Shown one piece after another: positions 38,423 to 44,905 of a stretch of DNA of 64,000 nucleotides; the stretch's first letter is position 1, and the number at the start of each line of letters is the position of its first letter. Where the stretch lies: the IMG/VR virus record IMGVR_UViG_3300014204_000008, positions 34,837 to 98,836 of that record; one strand, given 5' to 3'. The translations under genes and the position numbers were made by a program. Origin of the DNA: a virus (Duplodnaviria > Heunggongvirae > Uroviricota > Caudoviricetes). Under the pieces are notes generated by a model. It had not been told where the DNA came from. It did not search any database and worked only from the letters and a program-made list of their open reading frames with translations.

Positions 38423-38468
38423 AACAGGTAGATCAGGATAGAAAGATATCTATCCTGATCTACCTGTT
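38423..38468. repeat. perfect 19-bp inverted repeat (AACAGGTAGATCAGGATAG ... CTATCCTGATCTACCTGTT)
   Basis: Seen directly. No T-run on the + side. A7 on the 5' side. Confidence 0.6.
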
Positions 38469-38494
38469 AGGTAGTCCATGCTATAATTAGTTAT

Positions 38495-38935
38495 ATGAAT
38501 TATGAATCGCATGGTAAACGGGATACGAAAATCTACCAGTGTTGGCATAACATGAAAAGCAGATGTACGAACAAAAAACATCCACAATATAAACATTACG
38601 GAGGCCGAGGTATATTCGTATGTAAGGAATGGGTATCGTTTCGTAACTTTTTCTCAGACATGGGTGATAGACCTGAGGGTATGACTCTAGAAAGAAAAGA
38701 TAATAATAAAGGATATTCAAAGGATAATTGTAAATGGGCTACCGCAAAAGAACAGGCAAATAACCGTCGTTCAAATAGACTGATTCCATTTAATGGAAAG
38801 AGATTGAGTCTATCTGAATGGGCAAAGAATCTATGCATTGATAAGTCAGCCTTACGTCTTCGTCTAAAAAAGTGGACAGTAGAAAGAGCACTTACTGAGT
38901 CGTCAAAACGATTTAGTATAAAAAACAATCTGTGA
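38495..38935 (+). CDS. HNH-type homing-endonuclease-like protein (phage WxxMxxRC ... YGGRGI ... NCKWAT family)
   Basis: YQCWHNMKSRCTN ... YKHYGGRGIFVCKEW ... LERKDNNKGYSKDNCKWATAKEQANNRR. Confidence 0.5.
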   Translation: MNYESHGKRDTKIYQCWHNMKSRCTNKKHPQYKHYGGRGIFVCKEWVSFRNFFSDMGDRPEGMTLERKDNNKGYSKDNCKWATAKEQANNRRSNRLIPFNGKRLSLSEWAKNLCIDKSALRLRLKKWTVERALTESSKRFSIKNNL

Positions 38936-39384
38936 ACCTCATCATGAAGTCACTGTTATCTTTCTTCATAACTTGTTCCAGTCTGTTCGTTTCTATAACA
39001 AATACTACTGACATTGCACCGCCAGTTGTAGAAACGCCACCGATACAAGTTAGAGAAGAAGAAAAACCTGATCCTATCATGGTGGTTTCTCGCAGAGTTT
39101 CTGCCTATACATCAAGAGAAGAAGAAACGGATTCAACCCCGTGTTTGGCTGCAAATGGAGAAGATATATGTGTTCTTTACTACGAATACGATTCTCTCAC
39201 ATGTGCAGCTAATTTTGTTCCATTTGGAACGATCTTGGATATTCCAGGATATGGAACATGTGTTGTAAGAGATCGTATGGCAAAGAGTAGATGGAACATG
39301 GTAGATATCTACTTCGGACTTGAACTCGATAAGGCGTTAGAATGGGGTGTCAGGACAGTAGATGTTTCAATCAAAGAACCTTAA
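38932..39384 (+). CDS. secreted 3D-domain protein (MltA-like cell-wall binding or lytic domain)
   Basis: Signal peptide, then VSAYTS ... CAANFVPFGTILDIPGYGTCVVRDRMAKSRWNMVDIYF, typical of 3D domains. Confidence 0.55.
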   Translation: MNLIMKSLLSFFITCSSLFVSITNTTDIAPPVVETPPIQVREEEKPDPIMVVSRRVSAYTSREEETDSTPCLAANGEDICVLYYEYDSLTCAANFVPFGTILDIPGYGTCVVRDRMAKSRWNMVDIYFGLELDKALEWGVRTVDVSIKEP

Positions 39385-39385
39385 C

Positions 39386-39715
39386 ATCTTAAGAAGAAGA
39401 ACATGTCTAAGAGGTGGAAGGATTGAGGTCGGCGTGTACCTTAAACACGGTCACTGGCCAGTGGCTTCACCGATGGTACTAATGTACCGATCTACTATCA
39501 CTTAAATTGTTGATGGATCACAAGCCGAAAGGCGATCCATTGATCGTGATTGCTCATTGCAAAACCCTTAACCTCTAAGAAACGAAAGAGGAAATTGGAA
39601 ATCTTTATACACGACACTTGGTATGATCCAGACGTGGGGACCTAGTGTGCGGAACACCCGAAATGCTAAATTTGAAGAAACGAAATCCTACTTACCGAAT
39701 CCTTGCTTCTTAGAC
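39386..39715. repeat. ORF-free structured segment bounded by about 25-bp imperfect inverted repeats
   Basis: Left arm CTTAAGAAGAAGAACATGTCTAAG. Right arm CTTAGACATATTCTTAATCTTAAG. Interior has GAAA-loop hairpins. Confidence 0.45.
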
Positions 39716-39744
39716 ATATTCTTAATCTTAAGAATCCTAATACT

Positions 39745-40056
39745 ATGAAAATCGCCGAAGGACTTTTGCTGCGTAAGCAGCTCGAAGCAAAAGTGAAGCA
39801 GTTGGAACCTTTAAAGCTTAATGGCGAAAACGGTGTTTACGACACAAAGGTCGTACGTCGTAAGGTTTCAGAAGATGTTGATGAGGTCACTCTCCAAAGT
39901 CCTCGTGTCGACATCAAGACTCTTACGAAGGAATACGATGTGTATGCCTCCCGTCTCCGTCGTCTTGATTCAGCAATTCAGAAAGCAAACTGGCAGTTTG
40001 ATCTTGATTTCAGTGAAGAGGTTGAAGTGGTAACATCTGAGGTTGCAACTTCGTAA
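39745..40056 (+). CDS. hypothetical protein
   Basis: ATG 39745 (track start is TTG 39703). Confidence 0.45.
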   Translation: MKIAEGLLLRKQLEAKVKQLEPLKLNGENGVYDTKVVRRKVSEDVDEVTLQSPRVDIKTLTKEYDVYASRLRRLDSAIQKANWQFDLDFSEEVEVVTSEVATS

Positions 40057-40333
40057 ATTCCAGTTTATGGATACGGAAAAGAAGGTGATAAGGCGTGGTG
40101 ATATTTTCAGAGATTCGAAAAAAGAGGAATGGTTTAGAGTTATTGGTATTCTTAGAGAAGGCGGAGAAACAATATTTTTCACAACCATTCCTAGGAAGAC
40201 AGGAGATCTGAAAGAGGAAGATGATTTTCATTCAATCGTTACACTCACCGGTCTCTTGAAAGAAAGATATATTCCTATTGGAAATTTTTATGAAAAAGAG
40301 AATGAAAGAAGAGTTCTCTTTTCTAGAGATTAG
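40043..40333 (+). CDS. hypothetical protein (96 aa)
   Basis: ORF. Confidence 0.4.
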   Translation: MQLRKFQFMDTEKKVIRRGDIFRDSKKEEWFRVIGILREGGETIFFTTIPRKTGDLKEEDDFHSIVTLTGLLKERYIPIGNFYEKENERRVLFSRD

Positions 40334-40351
40334 GGATATAGCTATCTGCTC

Positions 40352-40428
40352 TCTGACGTAGTTCAGCTGGATAGAACAGAGGACTTCTAAGCCTTTAGAC
40401 ATCGGTTCGAACCCGATCGTCAGAACCA
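40352..40428 (+). tRNA. tRNA-Arg (anticodon UCU), CCA encoded
   Basis: 7-bp acceptor TCTGACG/CGTCAGA, D-arm GTTC-AGCTGGATA-GAAC, loop CTTCTAA, T-arm ATCGG-TTCGAAC-CCGAT, ACCA end. Confidence 0.6.
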
Positions 40429-40502
40429 TGGAGTTTATGTCAGTTATTCTCCTATAAAAATATTGATACGGGTTTGGCAGGAACGTATAAAAACTGTCCC
40501 AT

Positions 40503-40576
40503 CGCGGAATGGAGAAATGGCATCTCGTCAGTTTCATAAGCTGAAGTTTCCAGTTCAAATCTGGATTCCGCATCCA
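40503..40576 (+). tRNA. tRNA-Met (anticodon CAU), C1:A72 mismatch, CCA encoded
   Basis: D-arm GAGA-AATGGCA-TCTC, anticodon arm TCAGT-TTCATAA-GCTGA, T-arm TCCAG-TTCAAAT-CTGGA. Could instead be an Ile(LAU) or initiator-type tRNA. Confidence 0.6.
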
Positions 40577-40577
40577 G

Positions 40578-40665
40578 GCAAGCGTATACTGCTAAGGAGG
40601 CAGCGCAGACTGTAAATCTGTTGTCTTAAATGACTCGCTCGGATCGTTCCCGAGAGCTTGCACCA
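40578..40665 (+). tRNA. tRNA-Tyr (anticodon GUA), class II with long variable arm, CCA encoded
   Basis: Anticodon arm GCAGA-CTGTAAA-TCTGT, variable hairpin, T-arm CTCGG-ATCGTTC-CCGAG. Four nt between acceptor and D-stem is unusual. Confidence 0.45.
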
Positions 40666-40666
40666 A

Positions 40667-41024
40667 GGGTCTGATCATATTTCGATAGGTTGCTCATTGA
40701 AAAATTGCAGGACAAGCTGTAGTAACTTGTTAAAAGGCTACGAAATTGTAATTGCCAAAGCTATTGAAAGTCTGAAGTCGTTCTACACTTCGGTGTTTCG
40801 AACCCCTTCATTCGTTGCGTCATTCGTCTAACGAACTGATGCCCGATCATCATGATTTGTTTGTAGGTCATGAATGATCGTCACTTATACAAACTGGTGG
40901 AGAACACAAATCTCACGCTCTGAATGTAGGTACATAGCAGCTCTTGCTTTAAGGAGCTAATCCTGTGAATGAAATTTTTCATATATCAGCCTATACACGG
41001 GAGAATCACCCGTCAGATCCACCA
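40667..41024 (+). ncRNA. ssrA: tmRNA (ssrA), about 358 nt
   Basis: 5' GGGTCTGATCATATTTCGATAGG aligns with the E. coli tmRNA 5' end GGGGCUGAUUCUGGAUUCGACGGG. 3' ACGGGAGAATCACCCGTCAGATCCACCA aligns with GCGGGUUCAACUCCCGCCAGCUCCACCA. Acceptor GGGTCTG/CAGATCC carries the G3:U70 alanine identity pair. A-rich tract, TAA, TT, then GCC is a resume-codon context like E. coli UAG-UC-GCA. Confidence 0.65.
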
Positions 41025-41027
41025 GAG

Positions 41028-41102
41028 AGGAATGTAGCTCAACGGTAGAGCAATTCGCTTATATCGAATAGGTCGTGGGATCGTCACCCACCATTCCTAC
41101 CA
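41028..41102 (+). tRNA. tRNA-Ile (anticodon UAU), CCA encoded
   Basis: Acceptor AGGAATG/CATTCCT, D-arm GCTC-AACGGTA-GAGC, anticodon arm ATTCG-CTTATAT-CGAAT, T-arm GTGGG-ATCGTCA-CCCAC. Confidence 0.55.
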
Positions 41103-41103
41103 T

Positions 41104-41191
41104 CGGCCTGTGATGAAATGGTATACATGGGAGGCTTAGACCCTCTTGCCCTTTATTGGGTTTGCAAGTTCGAATCTTGCCAGACCGACCA
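41104..41191 (+). tRNA. tRNA-Leu (anticodon UAG), class II, CCA encoded
   Basis: Acceptor CGGCCTG/CAGACCG (one mismatch), anticodon arm GGAGG-CTTAGAC-CCTCT, long variable arm, T-arm GCAAG-TTCGAAT-CTTGC. Confidence 0.55.
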
Positions 41192-41321
41192 TCGAAATTT
41201 AAAACATTTCGTATCAACATATGCTTCGTTTTTTGGAAATTCTCTTCGGTCTAGCAGTCGTGACCGCTTGGGTAATACTTCTCGTGAAATATCTTAAATC
41301 GGAAAAGAAGAAAAAATAACT

Positions 41322-42128
41322 ATGAACAAGATTAATCTTATCATTTCTGGTGTCATTGCATTTGCACTTTTAAGCATCATAATGATCCTAAATCCATTTG
41401 CACAGGTTTCAGCTGGTGAGCGTGGAGTTGTTCTAACATGGGGTGCTGCCGGAGATCAGGTTCTTACAGAAGGCCTCCACATGGTCACACCAATCGCTCA
41501 ACATGTTCAGATTGTAGATATTCGAGTTCAGAAGGAACAGGTAGATGTTGCAGCAGCTTCAAAAGATCTCCAGACAGTGAATTCAACAGTTGCTATTAAC
41601 TTTCATCCAGATCCAAGTAAGGTAAACATTCTTTGGAAGACCATTGGTAGTGATTATTCATCTCGAATCATCTCTCCAGTCGTTCAGGAAGGCGTTAAGG
41701 CTGTCACAGCCCGTTATACGGCAGAAGAACTCATTACGAAGCGAGAAGAGGTTCGTGACGGTATCAAGAATATTCTCACTGAACGTTTGAGCTTGAGTAA
41801 CATCCTTATTGATGATTTCTCTATCATGAACTTCTCCTTCTCTAAGGGATTCAATGATGCGATTGAAGCGAAACAGACAGCTGTACAAGATGCATTAACG
41901 GCAGAAAATAAGTTGCGACAAATCAAGGTTGAAGCCGAACAGCGTGTTGCCACAGCTCAGGCAGAAGCTCAAGCTATCAAACTTCAGAGTGATGCCGCGA
42001 ACAATGACAAGTATATCAATTTGAAAGCCCTTGAAGTTCAACTTGAAGCAGTCCATAAATGGAATGGTGTCTTGCCAACACAGATGACACCGAATGGAGC
42101 AGTTCCTTTCCTGAATCTTACGAAATAG
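41322..42128 (+). CDS. SPFH/Band-7 (stomatin/prohibitin-like) membrane protein
   Basis: N-terminal TM, ERGVVLTWG ... GLHMVTP ... IVDIRVQ, then a long coiled-coil tail with AQAEAQAIKLQ, typical of SPFH. Confidence 0.7.
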   Translation: MNKINLIISGVIAFALLSIIMILNPFAQVSAGERGVVLTWGAAGDQVLTEGLHMVTPIAQHVQIVDIRVQKEQVDVAAASKDLQTVNSTVAINFHPDPSKVNILWKTIGSDYSSRIISPVVQEGVKAVTARYTAEELITKREEVRDGIKNILTERLSLSNILIDDFSIMNFSFSKGFNDAIEAKQTAVQDALTAENKLRQIKVEAEQRVATAQAEAQAIKLQSDAANNDKYINLKALEVQLEAVHKWNGVLPTQMTPNGAVPFLNLTK

Positions 42129-42221
42129 GTACTTCATCGTATATGGTAAAAGCAAAACTTTCTCGTCTAAAGACAACCACTGCGTAATCACCGTCACCTA
42201 AGACGGAATTGATTATGCGCC

Positions 42222-42440
42222 ATGAACACTTCAAAAGCTCGAATCAATCCATTCTATCCTAAACAGCACTTTACCCGTAAGGATCGTCGAAAGAATTACG
42301 ATAATGCTGACTATCTGTGGATGATAGGGACGGGTTGGCGTAAAGACTTAAAATGCGCAACTGCCCGTAAGTCTAGGAGAAGAAAGATCGCAGATGAGAC
42401 ACCTTATAAAAAGCTTGTAGATCCATGGGCCTTTGATTGA
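42222..42440 (+). CDS. small basic protein (72 aa)
   Basis: ORF. Confidence 0.35.
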   Translation: MNTSKARINPFYPKQHFTRKDRRKNYDNADYLWMIGTGWRKDLKCATARKSRRRKIADETPYKKLVDPWAFD

Positions 42441-42958
42441 ACCTATTGGAGATGACGTTAGATCACTATGGTGGTCTTCCGTCTATGATAGATGATCTGA
42501 AATGACTTCTTTTCATCTATCATAGACGGAAACACGATGTTTCCGTCATTCGTCTTCGTGGACAATAAGCGTATAAAGATTGAACATGTTGAAGGGAACG
42601 ACCTCGGTCTTCCTGTGTAGACACTATCGAGCTTTGCTTATTACGAATCTTAGACACAAAAGTTCCATAGACTGATAAATCTCCCTGGAGATTTCGCAAG
42701 ATAGGTCGAATGGTCAGGAAAATCAAAGATTAAGTAGCGGATAGAGAAACGGGCATCATTTCCCCTTAAAAGGAATGCCTACTCTATTGGTAAAATCACT
42801 GGTAACTCTTTTACGTGTATGGATGTGATATCGTGTACACGTAAGTGATCTTAATCTTTCTTTCCTTGAGGTGATGAGAACATAACCGTTCCCCTTTTGG
42901 TGGAGCCTCTGTTAATCAATTCATCTCTTCAAGGAAGGAAGCACTGGAGGACTAATTC

Positions 42959-43069
42959 ATGAAAAATATTTCTATGACTTCCAAAAAGAAGCCAGCAGCC
43001 AAGACTTCCAAGAAGCCTACAAAGGTTGCAAAGAAGGTCGTGAAGACGACAAAGAAGGCATCAAAGTAG
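42959..43069 (+). CDS. Lys-rich 36-aa peptide with a strong RBS (GGAGGACTAATTCATG)
   Basis: MKNISMTSKKKPAAKTSKKPTKVAKKVVKTTKKASK. Embedded in the large noncoding region. Confidence 0.3.
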   Translation: MKNISMTSKKKPAAKTSKKPTKVAKKVVKTTKKASK

Positions 43070-43750
43070 GTTCCAGAGGATGATCTTTTGATCATGCAGG
43101 GCCTTTCGGTCCCTATACGGGACTTCCCTGAGAGTGTATGAAATTAGGGATATGATACACAGGTGAGTTCCTTTAAAGGGAAGAGATTAGTTCATGGGGT
43201 ACGTCCCTGCGGTTTCAAATTGGAACGTATTTTCCAGTGGAGTTTACAAATCAGGTGTAAGTCGATTTTCCTAGGAGCGGATCGACATCTTTAAAACCGA
43301 GTCCCCCATGAACTAATCTCTCTCGCCTCTAAGGAGCAATGAAAAGTCTAATGCTCGGAGCGTCGAAAGACGTGGATTGCCTTGCCACGGGGTGTCCGAG
43401 AATGATGTCAAATCATGGGGTGAGCGACCATTACTCTTTAGAGGTGGGATAGGATCTCCAGTCGTTGTAACACGCAGGGTGAGATCGCTATTCCAGCGAG
43501 ATAAAAAGTCGTCCTTATCAAGATGCTAGTGACCCTTAAATAAGAATCTGCTGACCAACGCTTACACTAGCCGTTGTAATGGTCGGCTCTCGCCTTGGAA
43601 CGATAATGTTGTTCAATGATATTGTGAAAGTAACTGCTTTCCCTGCCTATCAAAAGAACAGCCCCCCATTTTCGTTCCAAGGCGGATGGAGAATGAAGCC
43701 GTTCTTCAACCGTTGGCGATAGCGTTTATAAAAACGTGAGCTGTAGAGGA

Positions 43751-43890
43751 TTGAGTGGCGAAATTGGCAGACGCTGAAAGTCGAGCAATCGGCAAAGCTA
43801 GACGACTGATACGATCTCATTGCGTATCTAACTAGAAATAGTTGTCGGAGGACTAGCGTAACTGTGAGTTCAAATCTCACCTCAATCTTC
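43751..43890 (+). tRNA. tRNA-Leu-like gene with an insertion of about 55 nt (possible intron or tRNA-like structure)
   Basis: 5' GATTGAG-TG-GCGAAATTGGCAGACGC closely matches the tRNA-Leu acceptor and D-arm. 3' GTGAG-TTCAAAT-CTCAC plus CTCAATC completes a perfect 7-bp acceptor. The anticodon region between them does not fold canonically. Confidence 0.35.
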
Positions 43891-44139
43891 TTTCGCCTCA
43901 TGCTTCGGAGGATGTGTAATCAGCACAAGCTGGTGACCTTTCCCCCCTTCCGAAGCAGTAGGCGGGATCGGGAGCCTGATACCCGTGAGCGAGTACATAC
44001 TAGTCAGAGATACTACGGGGAGGTGCTTAACTTCCCGTTATACCAAGTCTACCCTCGCACGGGTTACGAAAGGACAAGGGGTATCTCTCTCGTTCGAAGA
44101 AGTAATGATAACAATTCAAACCGTTGCCAGGGCTGAATG

Positions 44140-44205
44140 TTGCAACTCAAGCATAGGAGCCGAAAGGCTTGACTGATGAGCGAAAGCGAAACGAGAAATC
44201 GTATC
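44140..44205 (+). ncRNA. hammerhead-ribozyme-like core
   Basis: CTGATGA-GC-GAAA-GC-GAAAC, then ACGA-GAAA-TCGT-A (stem III-like hairpin with an NUH site). Preceded by hairpin TCAAGC ... GCTTGA. Stem arrangement is not fully consistent with a canonical hammerhead. Confidence 0.3.
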
Positions 44206-44415
44206 TAAGAGTCCATATTCCTATGTTCAGTGATGGACGGTGTAGCCCAAAAAAAGAATTGTTTGATAGTTATTATTACTTTTTCGAACGGGATACCTCA
44301 TACGTTCCCTAAACATGTTGAGTGTTAGAGAAGTTGCAACTTCTCTCTCGCTTTCTGCTTTAATATGAATATACCTGGCGTTATATGCATAATGTGGCAG
44401 AAAGCGGGTAAACCT

Positions 44416-44790
44416 ATGAAATCTAGATCCACTCGACCAAAGAGAAGTAAAACCTTCCCTCAACTCCTTTCGAAGAAGAAAGTTTCTAAACGCCTTAATA
44501 GGCATGTTGCATCAAAACTCCGTCGTAGGATCTACGTTGAACAGGCTGGAAAATGTTTCTACTGCGGTTGCGAATGTATCCCTACAGATAACAAAAAGAT
44601 AAGATTTGAAGACCAACCAGATAATCTTTTTACCATTGACCACATCTTTCCAATATCAGCCGGTGGAAGCAATCGCTATGCGAACTTATTAGGTAGCTGT
44701 AGGAAGTGCAATGAAGAAAAAGGAAAAACGACAGATTTGGCGACATTTCTTCTCAAGAAGAAAGAAGAAAGGTCGACCCTTGACAAGTGA
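44416..44790 (+). CDS. HNH endonuclease
   Basis: CFYCGCEC ... DHIFPISAGGSN ... CRKCNEEKG is the canonical HNH motif. Start ATG 44416 or 44365. Confidence 0.6.
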   Translation: MKSRSTRPKRSKTFPQLLSKKKVSKRLNRHVASKLRRRIYVEQAGKCFYCGCECIPTDNKKIRFEDQPDNLFTIDHIFPISAGGSNRYANLLGSCRKCNEEKGKTTDLATFLLKKKEERSTLDK

Positions 44791-44808
44791 CGAAAAATAT
44801 GCTATGAT
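44780..44808 (+). promoter_or_regulatory. sigma70-type promoter, family copy (inside the 3' end of the HNH gene)
   Basis: cccTTGACAagtgacgaaaaatatgcTATGAT. Confidence 0.5.
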
Positions 44809-44867
44809 CTCTTTGCTCTCTGCACTGGGCAGTCCACCTGTCCGCTCATACACGAGTAGCGGAGAAG

Positions 44868-44905
44868 AGAACTTATCCCTTGGCTTAATTGCTGAGGGAT
44901 TTGTT
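44868..44905 (+). terminator. intrinsic terminator (ATCCCT ... AGGGAT then TTGTTTTTT)
   Basis: Hairpin plus T-run about 60 nt downstream of the promoter, convergent with the end of the giant - strand gene. Confidence 0.45.

Larger units (their letters stand above)
43070..44300 (+). ncRNA. large ORF-free, highly structured region (candidate large noncoding RNA)
   Basis: No ORF over 60 aa on the + strand across about 1.2 kb (1.8 kb if 42441-43069 is included). Many GNRA (GAAA) hairpins. A 17-bp long-range helix pairs 43183-43199 with 43304-43320. Strand inferred from the tRNA-like and hammerhead-like elements. Confidence 0.4.

Noticed and set aside
41140-41191. Reading the TTCGAAT/ATTCGAA element as a - strand tRNA
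   Set aside because: Only the + strand gives a canonical T-loop (TTCGAAT) and a complete cloverleaf with an encoded CCA.
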